DNA from: Actinomycetota bacterium
GTDB taxonomy: Bacteria > Actinomycetota > Acidimicrobiia > Actinomarinales > Actinomarinaceae
Direction of reading: 5' to 3'
Assembly: GCA_014239265.1 (NCBI GenBank)
Contig: JAAZZH010000003.1
Coordinates: 3,953-67,952 of the forward strand
Length of the DNA stretch: 64,000 nucleotides
In this document: in pieces, positions 8,592 to 17,491 of the stretch
How the letters are laid out: every line of letters starts with the position of its first letter
Position numbering within the stretch: position 1 is the stretch's first letter
The notes under the pieces: model-generated
The model's database searches: none
Seen by the model: only the letters and a program-made list of their open reading frames with translations
Told to the model about the DNA's origin: nothing
Program-made: the position numbers and the translations under genes

Positions 8592-9671
8592 TTATGAACC
8601 TAGCCTTTCAATGTAGCTCTTACTATAATTTTCTAATTCCCAAAAGTCATTATAGATATTACTTTTTCCCTTTTCTAATACGTCTTCTTTAAAATTACTA
8701 AAACCTTCAACTTTCAGATAATTTCCTGAAGTAATAATGTCTAAAATTGTTCTGAATGTATCTATATTTTTATCATGAGAAATTAAGAGTCTAAGGGGGT
8801 ATTCAAATCTCTCATCTTTTGAAAATTTAATTTCAGGATTTCTAGCAATACGTGCGACCTCATCCTTAATTTCAGGCAGTGCGAACCTGTCAATAATGGT
8901 ATTAGTAAATTCATCTAAGTTCTCGTTAGATTGTGACAAAAGGGAGTAGGCCACCGCCAAACTATTTACTGATGCTTTTGCAAACTCTCTTCCATCTTTA
9001 CTGGCAATAACTTCATGGATAAAAGTATGACCATTAGCTAATCCGTAATAAGCAAGTTGTAGATGTAGCCCATTTAATAGCCAAAGTTTTTTATAGAATT
9101 CATTTTCATAGTTTTTATAAGATATAATTTCTGATTTTCTTAAAGGTTGTAAGCCTGTGGAAACGTCTAATATTATTGATCCATATGTTTCTACTATTAC
9201 ATTTAAAGATGTAGGGGGCTGAGGGGGTACAATTTTATCAACAACAGCGTCAATAATTTTTAACTTTGTATTAAGAGATTTAATATTGGAACTTGCATTA
9301 CTAGATGCTTTGTACATGTTTTCAAATGCTATAAATATTTGCTCTTTCTGATTATCTAGTAACGCAATTCTTTCATAGATTCCTTGTACGAATTTAGGTC
9401 CAACAGAAGTAGTTACAATATCAGCATTGAGAAGTGTTTCATTTAAGTATTCTGAATCATCTAAATTGATAGCTTCTACATCTTGTACCACTTCTTGGGT
9501 TGCTCCTTCAATACTTAATGATGTTACAGTGTATCTTCCTTCTTCATTAATTTGTTTAACGAGATCAGTGTTTACATCCACAAAAATCACTCTGTAATCA
9601 TTAGCTTGCAAAGTAGGAGCTACGAAACCACGACCTATATTTCCTGCACCAAAGTGAACAGCTAGCTTCAT
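8592..9671 (-). CDS. mtlD: Mannitol-1-phosphate 5-dehydrogenase
   Basis: N-terminus MKLAVHFGAGNIGRGF and overall length typical of MtlD. Operon context. Confidence 0.8.
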   Translation of the reverse strand: MKLAVHFGAGNIGRGFVAPTLQANDYRVIFVDVNTDLVKQINEEGRYTVTSLSIEGATQEVVQDVEAINLDDSEYLNETLLNADIVTTSVGPKFVQGIYERIALLDNQKEQIFIAFENMYKASSNASSNIKSLNTKLKIIDAVVDKIVPPQPPTSLNVIVETYGSIILDVSTGLQPLRKSEIISYKNYENEFYKKLWLLNGLHLQLAYYGLANGHTFIHEVIASKDGREFAKASVNSLAVAYSLLSQSNENLDEFTNTIIDRFALPEIKDEVARIARNPEIKFSKDERFEYPLRLLISHDKNIDTFRTILDIITSGNYLKVEGFSNFKEDVLEKGKSNIYNDFWELENYSKSYIERLGS

Positions 9672-10111
9672 AGACTCATTGATAAAAGGTTAAAAATATT
9701 CTCTATTGAAGTCTCTTTCCAAAGTTTTTTTGCATCATCTTCTTCTTCAATAGCATCAGCTAGTGCAGACAAAACTCCCATGTGATCATTGGAATTAGCA
9801 GCGATACCCACAATAACATATGCTATTTCTTCATTCCAAAGAACTCCCTCAGGTACCTGAATAACGCTAATCCCGGTGTGGTTTACGTACTTTGACCCTT
9901 CAGCCATACCGTGAGGGATTGCAACTCCATTTCCGATGTAGGTTGCAAAGGATTGTGTTTCTAATTTCTCAAGCATGGAGTCGATGTACTCTTTTTTGAT
10001 ATAGCCATTCTCTAAAAGAATTTCACCTGCCATAATTGTGGCCTCTTCTTTAGATGAAAAAGCTTGATCTGTAAATATAGACTCTTTAATTAAAACTTCA
10101 TTTTGATTCAT
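9668..10111 (-). CDS. mtlF: PTS mannitol-specific EIIA component
   Basis: PTS_EIIA_2 fold with GVAIPHG active-site His. ATGA-type overlaps on both sides. Confidence 0.8.
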   Translation of the reverse strand: MNQNEVLIKESIFTDQAFSSKEEATIMAGEILLENGYIKKEYIDSMLEKLETQSFATYIGNGVAIPHGMAEGSKYVNHTGISVIQVPEGVLWNEEIAYVIVGIAANSNDHMGVLSALADAIEEEDDAKKLWKETSIENIFNLLSMSL

Positions 10112-10428
10112 GAAGAGAAGATTTCATTACCCTCTGATAAGTCTGAAATAAGCTTTTTTAATGATGGATCATTCATAAACATTGTAAATTGAACGATTAC
10201 AGCATTTTCAGGTGCTGCAGCTTTTGCTGCTCCAGAAAGTCCGGTGTGACAAACAACTATATCTGAGTCACTTGGGATCTGTGTTGCTGGCGCATGAACT
10301 ATTTCTACGTCTAATCCTGCTTTTTTTGCTTTTTTAATTAAACCATTTTTAACCATTAAGCTTGACCCAGCCCCTGCTTCACAGGCTAAACATATTTTTT
10401 TAACTTCTGATGCTTGTATTGAACTCAT
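10108..10428 (-). CDS. PTS mannitol-specific EIIB component
   Basis: KICLACEAGAGSSLM matches the E. coli MtlA EIIB Cys motif (VACDAGMGSS). Start moved to the ATG at 10428, which has GGAGGAG 2 nt upstream; the tracked start at 10473 lies inside a terminator hairpin. Confidence 0.7.
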   Translation of the reverse strand: MSSIQASEVKKICLACEAGAGSSLMVKNGLIKKAKKAGLDVEIVHAPATQIPSDSDIVVCHTGLSGAAKAAAPENAVIVQFTMFMNDPSLKKLISDLSEGNEIFSS

Positions 10429-10437
10429 TTCTCCTCC

Positions 10438-10478
10438 AAATAAAAAAATTGACCTGGGACTTTTACATCCCAAGTCAA
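10438..10478 (-). terminator. Intrinsic terminator-like hairpin between the EIIC and EIIB genes
   Basis: Minus strand: TTGACTTGGGA-tgtaaaag-TCCCAGGTCAA (11 bp, one G-U) followed by TTTTTTTATTT, then immediately the GGAGGAG SD of the EIIB gene. Confidence 0.55.
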
Positions 10479-10498
10479 TTATAACTTAATAGTTTAGG

Positions 10499-11560
10499 TT
10501 AGACAGTAGGTATATTGCTTTCGATAGTATCTTCTACACCTGAGTCTGTTTCTTTGATTGGACGAGCTCTTAGTAAGATAACACCAACTACAGCAGATGC
10601 TGCTGTTGCGATTGCTACTCCACCTAGAACTGCAAATGCCCCACCTTTTGGAAGCATCGCAATGTATGCGAAAATACTTCCTGGTGACGGAGGTCCTACT
10701 AGGCCTGCTCCGGTTGCTACGAACCAAAGGTCAGCTGAAATTCCACCAGCCCACATTGCGATGATCATAATTGGATGACCAAGAACATATGGGAAATAGA
10801 TTTCGTGAATTCCTCCAAAGAAATGGATAATTATTGAGCCAGGTGCGGATTCTTTCCACATTCCTGTACCAGCAAACCAGTATGCAAGAAGTAAACCAAG
10901 ACCTGGGCCTGGGTTAGTTTCTAGCAAAAAGTAAATTGATTGACCAGTTTCTGCTGACTCAGCTGCTCCAAGAGGTGTTAACACACCTTGGTTGACAGCA
11001 TTGTTTAAGAACAATACCTTTGCAACTTCAATAGGAATGTCAGCTAACGGAACTAGACCACTGTCTACTAACGCTGCTGCACCATTTCCTAATGCATTTG
11101 TAATTGCTTCAAGTATTGGACTGATAATGTTAAAAGCTAGAACAGCAAGACCCCAACCCAAAATACCAAGTGAAAAGTTATCATATAACATTTCAAAACC
11201 TTCTGGTATATTGTCTTGTAATCTACTATCTATTTGCTTAAGTATCCAAGCTGCTGCTGGACCAACGGCCATAGCACCTAAGAACTGCGGTGAAGATGTT
11301 GCAACAATAATTGCTGTTGTAACGACTGCACCAATCACACCACCTCTATGACCATGAACCATTTTTCCACCTGTGTAACCTAACAGAAGCGGAAGAAGAG
11401 TAAGTATCATAGGACCAACCATTTGGACCAAATCTTCATTTGGTAGCCAACCAGTCGGAATATAAAGTGCTGTAATCAAACCCCAAGCGATGAAAGCACC
11501 AATGTTAGGAATAACCATTCCTGACATAGCACCGCCAACGCGTTGTATGGATTCTTTCAT
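10499..11560 (-). CDS. mtlA: PTS mannitol-specific EIIC component
   Basis: Collinear with the E. coli MtlA N-terminal domain (PNIGAFIAWG..IPTGWLPNE, LFLNNA.N.G, HFFGGIHEIYFPYVL). Confidence 0.85.
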   Translation of the reverse strand: MKESIQRVGGAMSGMVIPNIGAFIAWGLITALYIPTGWLPNEDLVQMVGPMILTLLPLLLGYTGGKMVHGHRGGVIGAVVTTAIIVATSSPQFLGAMAVGPAAAWILKQIDSRLQDNIPEGFEMLYDNFSLGILGWGLAVLAFNIISPILEAITNALGNGAAALVDSGLVPLADIPIEVAKVLFLNNAVNQGVLTPLGAAESAETGQSIYFLLETNPGPGLGLLLAYWFAGTGMWKESAPGSIIIHFFGGIHEIYFPYVLGHPIMIIAMWAGGISADLWFVATGAGLVGPPSPGSIFAYIAMLPKGGAFAVLGGVAIATAASAVVGVILLRARPIKETDSGVEDTIESNIPTV

Positions 11561-11744
11561 ATTACAATCCCCCTAACGATCGTTTGTGTTGATTTTCAAC
11601 TATCCCAGTATAAAAGTTGTTTTTACTGTTTCACTTTGACTTTTGTTCATCTAAAATTATATATGTAACTAAATTTCTTATCTAAGGTCATTTTTTACAC
11701 AATTTTTAGCAAATTAATACTAAATTGTTAAAAAAGGAGTTTTT

Positions 11745-12131
11745 TTGAAGAATATCGCCATTTCATTGATTTTGTTAGCTTTTTTAGGATTATTGTCTCT
11801 TGGGGCGACAGGATCTTTGGTTACGGAAACTTCAGGCGTATTTAATAAGGTACAAGGAGAAGTTTTTCAAGAATCCTCGAGCGAAGTTATCTTAGAAGGC
11901 AATCAATTGTTCATATCTATAAATCAAAAAGATAAAGAGAATTCTGAAAAAGCTGTTATTGATTGTTTAAATTTTTATTCTGGAAAATATCCACAACTTG
12001 ATGAATATACTTGTGATTTAGTGGTTAGAACTAACATCATCATCGATAATAGTTGTAATTATCTAACTGGTGTGCTTGTTAAAAAAGATTCTGAAGAATC
12101 TATAACTTTAGATTACAACACGAACTGCTAG
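11745..12131 (+). CDS. Secreted hypothetical protein (TTG start)
   Basis: AAGGAG SD 5 nt before the TTG, an N-terminal signal peptide and 4 Cys. No family recognised. Confidence 0.45.
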   Translation: MKNIAISLILLAFLGLLSLGATGSLVTETSGVFNKVQGEVFQESSSEVILEGNQLFISINQKDKENSEKAVIDCLNFYSGKYPQLDEYTCDLVVRTNIIIDNSCNYLTGVLVKKDSEESITLDYNTNC

Positions 12132-12400
12132 TCAAATAACGAACCTAGTAGGCTATCTCCTTCAACCTCAATCTCAGCGAGAGTTTCCCCTACGTTTACC
12201 ATCGAGCCCTCGTCTACATTAAGCTTTATGATTTTTCCATCAAAGGGACTGTCTAAATCCATATCTACTTTATCTGTTGCAATTTCAGCTATGACATCGC
12301 CTTTTTTTACCTCATCTCCAACACTCACCTTCCAAGTTAAAAGTTCTGCTTCCGTCATCTGATCTGACATTGCAGGTAAAATAATGTTTTCATTACTCAT
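12128..12400 (-). CDS. Free-standing lipoyl-domain protein (no E2 catalytic domain)
   Basis: 90 aa with the lipoyl attachment motif EIATDKVDMDL and flanking beta-barrel pattern. Overlaps the E1 beta stop by 8 nt. Confidence 0.75.
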   Translation of the reverse strand: MSNENIILPAMSDQMTEAELLTWKVSVGDEVKKGDVIAEIATDKVDMDLDSPFDGKIIKLNVDEGSMVNVGETLAEIEVEGDSLLGSLFD

Positions 12401-13385
12401 TATCGATCATCTCCTTTATTTTTATCACAATATCCTCTTCTTGAGGTATTACAGTTGTTTCTAAATGTTTTGCTGAAGGCATGGGACTATGTAGTCCTGA
12501 TAAAAGTACTGGTGGTTTTTTTAAAGAAGTAAAAGCACGTGAAGAAGCAACTTCAGAGATTAATGTAGCTCCAATTGAGCTACTGCCCGGTGCTTCTTGA
12601 CAAACCAAAAGATTATGTGTTTTTTCAACTGAAGTAATAACTGTCTCTGTATCTAGGGGTGAAAGTGTTAACAAGTCAATTACTTCTATCGAGTATTTCT
12701 TTAGTGAATCATCGTTAACGGCATTCATCACCGTATTGACCATATTGGAGTATGAAGCAACAGTGATATCTGTTCCTTCTTGAACAACTTTTGATTTTCC
12801 AAGAGCAGAAGAATCTGCTGGCAAAGCTCCTAAGGTAACGTCAGATTTAAGCTTATAAATTAATTTATGCTCCATAAAAATAATAGGATTTGGGTCAACA
12901 AATGAAGCCAGTAAAAGGTCATAAGCATTTTGCGGATTTGATGGAGTCACTACTTTTAACCCAGGTACATGACAAAACCAGGATTCTAAGGATTGACTAT
13001 GTTGAGCAGCAGCTCCTGTTCCAGCTCCACTGGCACCTCTTACAATCATGGGTACGTTAACAGCTCCACCATACATAAAATGTAATTTTGCTGCTTGATT
13101 AACAATTGGATCCATTGCGTTAACAATAAAATCACTGAATTGCATTTCAACAATTGGCATTGAACCAGTAATTGCTGCGCCAACAGCTAATCCAGCTATG
13201 ACATCTTCTGAAATGGGTGTATCTTTAATTCTGCCTTCTCCGTATTTTTCTAATAAGCCATCTGTCACACCAAAAGCTCCACCATATACACCAATATCTT
13301 CTCCAGCAATAAAGGTCGTTTTATTACTATCAAGACATTGCGAAAGTGCTTCTCGTATTGCTTGACCTGTTGTCAGTTCAGGCAT
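12393..13385 (-). CDS. TPP-dependent 2-oxoacid/acetoin dehydrogenase E1 component, beta subunit
   Basis: Transketolase-like Pyr and C-terminal domains (GEDIGVYGGAFGVT, FSDFI..A.D.I.NQAAK). 8-nt overlap with the alpha subunit. Confidence 0.85.
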   Translation of the reverse strand: MPELTTGQAIREALSQCLDSNKTTFIAGEDIGVYGGAFGVTDGLLEKYGEGRIKDTPISEDVIAGLAVGAAITGSMPIVEMQFSDFIVNAMDPIVNQAAKLHFMYGGAVNVPMIVRGASGAGTGAAAQHSQSLESWFCHVPGLKVVTPSNPQNAYDLLLASFVDPNPIIFMEHKLIYKLKSDVTLGALPADSSALGKSKVVQEGTDITVASYSNMVNTVMNAVNDDSLKKYSIEVIDLLTLSPLDTETVITSVEKTHNLLVCQEAPGSSSIGATLISEVASSRAFTSLKKPPVLLSGLHSPMPSAKHLETTVIPQEEDIVIKIKEMIDNE

Positions 13386-14331
13386 ATGAATCTTCCTCCA
13401 AGTTCGTCTTAGGACTTTCAGGAGACTGGAGTGCTTTTTTAACAGAGTCTCGAATTACTTCTTTTACCTCAGCCTCGATTTCTTTTAATGTTTCCAAATC
13501 TATATTTTCTTCAGTTAACTTTCCAATAAATCGTTTTAGGGGATCTTTTTCTTCTTTCCAAAAAGCAATCTCATCTGAAGTCCTATAAAGATTACGATCA
13601 GATTTTGAGTGACCTCTGTATCTATATGTGACAGATTCAATAAACATTGGCTTTCCAGATTTTTGGATTGTATTTTTAAATTCTGATACAGTATTGTAAA
13701 CTTCCTCAACATCATTACCATCAATAGAGATACTTTCAATTCCATATGATTCTGCTCTTTGTGCTATTGATCCACCAGCAACAGCATTTTCTGAAGCCAT
13801 AGACATCCCATATTGATTATTTTCACATACAAATAAAACTGGTAAATCCCATAGCGATGCCAAATTTAATGCCTCATGAAATGATCCCTCGTTCACTGCT
13901 CCGTCACCAAAAAAACAAAGGACAATATTATCAAGTTTTTGCATTTTTAGGGATAAAGCAGCGCCAACAGATATAGTTAAACTACCGGCAACAATTCCAT
14001 TTGCTCCTAAGTTTCCATTGGATAAGTCTGCAATATGCATGGATCCGCCTCTTCCACGACAATACCCATCTTCTCTTCCCAGCAGTTCGGCAAACATTTT
14101 ATAAGGATCTGCTCCTTTTGCTAGACAATGTCCATGTCCCCTGTGGGTTGAAGTAATTAAATCTTCGCGCTTAAGAGCAAGGCAAGCCCCAGTTGCTGTA
14201 GCTTCTTGACCGATTGATAAATGCATTGTTCCATGTAACAATCCTCTGGAAAACATTTCCTCTAAAGCTTCCTCAAATAATCGTATGAGTAGCATCATTC
14301 TATAAAGTTCTAATTTATTTTCTTTGTCCAC
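13378..14331 (-). CDS. TPP-dependent 2-oxoacid/acetoin dehydrogenase E1 component, alpha subunit
   Basis: HLSIGQEA, THRGHGH, GGSMH and the TPP-binding GDGAVNEG...NN motifs. Confidence 0.85.
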   Translation of the reverse strand: MDKENKLELYRMMLLIRLFEEALEEMFSRGLLHGTMHLSIGQEATATGACLALKREDLITSTHRGHGHCLAKGADPYKMFAELLGREDGYCRGRGGSMHIADLSNGNLGANGIVAGSLTISVGAALSLKMQKLDNIVLCFFGDGAVNEGSFHEALNLASLWDLPVLFVCENNQYGMSMASENAVAGGSIAQRAESYGIESISIDGNDVEEVYNTVSEFKNTIQKSGKPMFIESVTYRYRGHSKSDRNLYRTSDEIAFWKEEKDPLKRFIGKLTEENIDLETLKEIEAEVKEVIRDSVKKALQSPESPKTNLEEDSYA

Positions 14332-14341
14332 GTAAGCCTCT

Positions 14342-15592
14342 TTAATTATTTTGTTTATTACGTAATTTATTTATTAAGTTATCTGGCAACTCTAGGGAAG
14401 CTCTAGGGATTGGTTCTCCTTGTTTTACTTCTCCAACTACCGTTGCTCCTTCAATTAAGCCAAGGGGGGCTAGCCCATCTGTTTCGGAGTAAGGATAAGC
14501 AACCCCATATGAAGAAAATCCTCCAATCCCATCAATCTGGTCTCCTGGTTTTAAATCTTTTTTGGCGTGACCTATGACTTCAGAAATCCACGTTGTTGGC
14601 TGTAGCCCGGGCTCATTATTTATTATCGCCATGCCTACACTTCTAGGGGCCTCGACAGATGCGAGATGGTACGGCCTGTAAAGAGTGTAATATGGGCCTT
14701 CTCCCATTGATAGATATGCCATTTCTTCGATAATTGTAGGATTATCTGTAGTTACAATAGAAAAGACACCTGGTGCAGGGCCAAAGGCAAAGTCAACACG
14801 TCCTGATTCTTTAAGAACCCCTCCGTCTGATTCTGGTATTAAATTCCTGTTTAGATCTGATACTTCACTGACGGGACCGTTCATCCCTACTTTATCTAAG
14901 GGCATTCCTATACCATTGGATAATGCAGTCATTTCAATCATTGTTTTACTTCCATCTACAAAGCTAGCTAACATTTTAGGATTCATATTTTTCTGCATAG
15001 CTCTATCATGTAAAGACTCAGGTGTAGCGGTTTGGTCTAGTGGATTATTCTTACCCTTTCCAATACAAACTACTTCAAAGCCGATATCAACCGAAAAATC
15101 GTAGAGTTCTTTACACGCAACAGGTTCATCTCCGTTTGCAACACTGTAAACAACCCCTTTTTCTTTAGCTTGTTGAGCTAAATAAAGTCCTATTGTTATG
15201 TCTGTTTCGACATTTAGCATCAGAATATGTTTTCCTGCGTCTATACAGTTTGAAGCAACCTCTGCACCAACCCAGGGAACTCCTGTGGCTTCAAAAACTA
15301 TATCAATAGGAAGTTCTGCGAGGTCTTTTGCATTGCTAACAATGCCTCCATGACCCTTGGAAATTGATGAGCTTGCATCTTTATTATGACCAATACTTGT
15401 AACACCAGCAAGACGGAGTGCATTTTCTGCTCTTTTTTCATCAATGTCTGCACAGGCAACTAGTTCCATTCCAGGTATGCGGCCAATTTGTGCCGCTAAA
15501 CCAGAGCCCATTTGTCCGGCACCTGCTAGTCCAACTCTAACGGGTCTGCCTAATTCTTTTTGTCTCTTGATAAGTTCTTGTGTAAAATTCAT
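14342..15592 (-). CDS. NAD(P)-dependent oxidoreductase, homoserine-dehydrogenase-like N-terminus plus C-terminal SAF-like domain (COG4091-type)
   Basis: Rossmann motif VGLAGAGQMGSG and the C-terminal GATVVGEVKQGEPIPRASLEL (SAF-like). Start abuts the srlB stop (0-nt spacer). Confidence 0.6.
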   Translation of the reverse strand: MNFTQELIKRQKELGRPVRVGLAGAGQMGSGLAAQIGRIPGMELVACADIDEKRAENALRLAGVTSIGHNKDASSSISKGHGGIVSNAKDLAELPIDIVFEATGVPWVGAEVASNCIDAGKHILMLNVETDITIGLYLAQQAKEKGVVYSVANGDEPVACKELYDFSVDIGFEVVCIGKGKNNPLDQTATPESLHDRAMQKNMNPKMLASFVDGSKTMIEMTALSNGIGMPLDKVGMNGPVSEVSDLNRNLIPESDGGVLKESGRVDFAFGPAPGVFSIVTTDNPTIIEEMAYLSMGEGPYYTLYRPYHLASVEAPRSVGMAIINNEPGLQPTTWISEVIGHAKKDLKPGDQIDGIGGFSSYGVAYPYSETDGLAPLGLIEGATVVGEVKQGEPIPRASLELPDNLINKLRNKQNN

Positions 15593-15949
15593 TTACTTAA
15601 TCTCTATTCTGTCATTTATCTTTATCTCAGGCGTGTTTGTAAAGCTACAGCTCACATCACCTGGCAGTGCTGCTTCAGTTGCTGAATCTAGCTTTAAAAC
15701 AAGATGTCCCAAATTTGTAAAATTTTCGTTAGCGACAGGTCCAACAGCGGTAACTATTAATTCTTCGTTAGATAAATTAATTTTTGTTCCAACTACGATT
15801 TCACCAACTACATCCTGAAGCTCATGTACAACGGCCACATCTTGGAGTTCTTCAGGAGCATTATCTCCAAAAAAAACTACGATTCCCTCTTCTAAAAATA
15901 AGTGGGCTTGATCTCCAATTTTTACAACTTTTGAAGAGTAGATCGACAC
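15593..15949 (-). CDS. srlB: PTS glucitol/sorbitol-family EIIA component
   Basis: Collinear with E. coli SrlB (ITAVGPVANENFTNLGHLVLKLD vs VTAVGSVAEDNLRELGHVTLRFD). Confidence 0.8.
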   Translation of the reverse strand: MSIYSSKVVKIGDQAHLFLEEGIVVFFGDNAPEELQDVAVVHELQDVVGEIVVGTKINLSNEELIVTAVGPVANENFTNLGHLVLKLDSATEAALPGDVSCSFTNTPEIKINDRIEIK

Positions 15950-16326
15950 TATATTTCAGTAATCTGATCTTCAGATACTCCTGAAACAAAATTTTCTTCT
16001 CTTATGAATTGAGCTAATGGACCAGCGGGTGAAGTATCGTGAATATCTATAGTTGGAACACCTTTCATAGGGTAGACCCCAATTCTTGCAGTTCCCCCAC
16101 AATCAATTACAGCACATGCCATGGCTTTGAAACCGCCTTCAGGAGATGATTTGAAACCATCGAAAGCTTCTGCACCTGTCATATCGGCAATTTTTTGAGC
16201 TACAGGATGAATGCCTCCACCGGTGATACAAACTACATATTTTCTTTCATCTGTAGGTTTGACCTCTAAAGGTCCTCCCCAGCCACCTTTGCCTCTTTCA
16301 ATTTTTACTTTTTTATATTCAGCCAT
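15949..16326 (-). CDS. PTS glucitol-family EIIB domain protein (equivalent to the N-terminal half of SrlE)
   Basis: IERGKGGWGGPLEVKP...VIDCGGTARIGVYP...PTIDIH...GPLAQFI matches E. coli SrlE residues 1 to about 120. Confidence 0.8.
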   Translation of the reverse strand: MAEYKKVKIERGKGGWGGPLEVKPTDERKYVVCITGGGIHPVAQKIADMTGAEAFDGFKSSPEGGFKAMACAVIDCGGTARIGVYPMKGVPTIDIHDTSPAGPLAQFIREENFVSGVSEDQITEI

Positions 16327-16345
16327 TTTTACTCCTTAAATTATC

Positions 16346-16377
16346 TGTGACGCTTTGATTTTACACAAAGCGTCACA
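16346..16377 (-). promoter_or_regulatory. Perfect 12-bp-stem hairpin in the EIIC2-EIIB intercistronic spacer
   Basis: TGTGACGCTTTG-attttaca-CAAAGCGTCACA. There is no U-run after it on the coding (minus) strand. The SD AAGGAG of the EIIB gene follows about 10 nt downstream. Confidence 0.5.
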
Positions 16378-16403
16378 AAAAATATAATTATTGTCTTATG
16401 TGT

Positions 16404-16928
16404 TTACAAGCCTAATGCAAACAAATAACCAACAACAACTGAAATCGGTCCAGTAATCATTCTACTTGTTAGAACGGCTGGTACACCAATCTCTACTGTT
16501 TCCGGTTCCGCCTCACCTAATGCGAGACCAACTGGAACGAAATCACAACCAACTTGTGGGTTGATTGCAAATAATGCCGGTAGTGCCATAGCAACATCGA
16601 TATTTCCACGTCCAATCTCAGTTCCAACTAGTACACCAACTATTTGAGCTATTACAGCTCCTGGTCCTAGTAATGGAGACAAGAAAGGAATTGAACATAC
16701 GATACAGACAAGCATCAAGCCAGTTAAGCTAGAAGCGAATCCTTTAATTCCTTGAGCTATATAATCACCAATTCCTGTTGAAAGGATTAACCCAATTACA
16801 CCGGCAACGAATGCCATGAATGGAATTATTGTTTGGATACATAACTGTACAGCATCACGACCCGCTTGAAATAATTTTCCAACTACTCCACCAACGGACC
16901 TACCTATTTTTTCGATCATACTTTGCAT
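16404..16928 (-). CDS. PTS glucitol-family EIIC2 membrane component (equivalent to the C-terminal half of SrlE)
   Basis: LFQAGRDAVQ..IIPFMAFVAGVIG...PFLSPLLGPGAVIAQIVGVLVG...LPALFAINPQVGCDFVPVGL is collinear with the E. coli SrlE C-terminal half. Confidence 0.8.
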   Translation of the reverse strand: MQSMIEKIGRSVGGVVGKLFQAGRDAVQLCIQTIIPFMAFVAGVIGLILSTGIGDYIAQGIKGFASSLTGLMLVCIVCSIPFLSPLLGPGAVIAQIVGVLVGTEIGRGNIDVAMALPALFAINPQVGCDFVPVGLALGEAEPETVEIGVPAVLTSRMITGPISVVVGYLFALGL

Positions 16929-17470
16929 TATTCAGCACCGACCTTTCTTGAAGACATAATTGAATAGATAATGTCTGTTGTGACACCTCTAATCAAAATA
17001 ACAACAAGCCCAGCGAGTAAGTATCTTACTGCTAATGGCGTTACTAATTCTGGAGCTGCGATCTCAACTCCTGCTGCAATTCCCAACCATACGAATAACT
17101 CTCCACCATTTGCATGTGGAAAGATTCCTGTAATTGGATGAACAAAACTAACAGCAGCATCGTAAAATGCTGGTTTGTTTTTTTCTGGTAAGAATGTCCC
17201 GAATGTATAGCAAACTGGGTTTGTCAGCATAAACACAGCTACAAACGGTAGCAATGTATATCGAACTGGAACGTACATCCAGCCCTCCTGAGCAGCCCAC
17301 TTGGCAAAGTTTTCAACTTTATCTTCACCAATGAATTTGACCAATGCATTTACTGCAGTCAAAAACACCACTATCAACGGGATAATACCAGTAGTCAAAC
17401 TGACAAATACATCTGCTGACGTTCTAAAAACACCAATAAATGCATCAGCCATACTAACTAACGTGTCCAT
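16928..17470 (-). CDS. srlA: PTS glucitol-family EIIC component
   Basis: About 180-aa polytopic protein of SrlA type. AAGGGGGA SD, and a 1-nt overlap with the next gene. Confidence 0.75.
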   Translation of the reverse strand: MDTLVSMADAFIGVFRTSADVFVSLTTGIIPLIVVFLTAVNALVKFIGEDKVENFAKWAAQEGWMYVPVRYTLLPFVAVFMLTNPVCYTFGTFLPEKNKPAFYDAAVSFVHPITGIFPHANGGELFVWLGIAAGVEIAAPELVTPLAVRYLLAGLVVILIRGVTTDIIYSIMSSRKVGAE

Positions 17471-17491
17471 TTTTCCCCCTTCTTTTTATTT

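Noticed and set aside
10429-10473. Longer N-terminus of the mannitol EIIB gene (tracked start at 10473, MGCKSPRSIFLFGGE...).
   Set aside because: The extra 15 codons are the terminator hairpin and the GGAGGAG SD read as protein. The ATG at 10428 has ideal SD spacing and matches the family N-terminus.
16346-16377. TGTGA...TCACA ends of the intercistronic palindrome as a CRP/Glx-type binding site.
   Set aside because: The half-sites are 22 nt apart rather than the 6 nt of the CRP consensus, and the whole 12-bp arms are complementary. An RNA hairpin or a different palindromic operator is more likely.
10499-17470. Visibly higher G+C in the PTS membrane genes as evidence for horizontal acquisition.
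   Set aside because: The enrichment tracks Gly/Ala/Pro-rich transmembrane proteins, and I cannot compute codon-position-specific composition here. There are no flanking tRNA, integrase or repeat boundaries.
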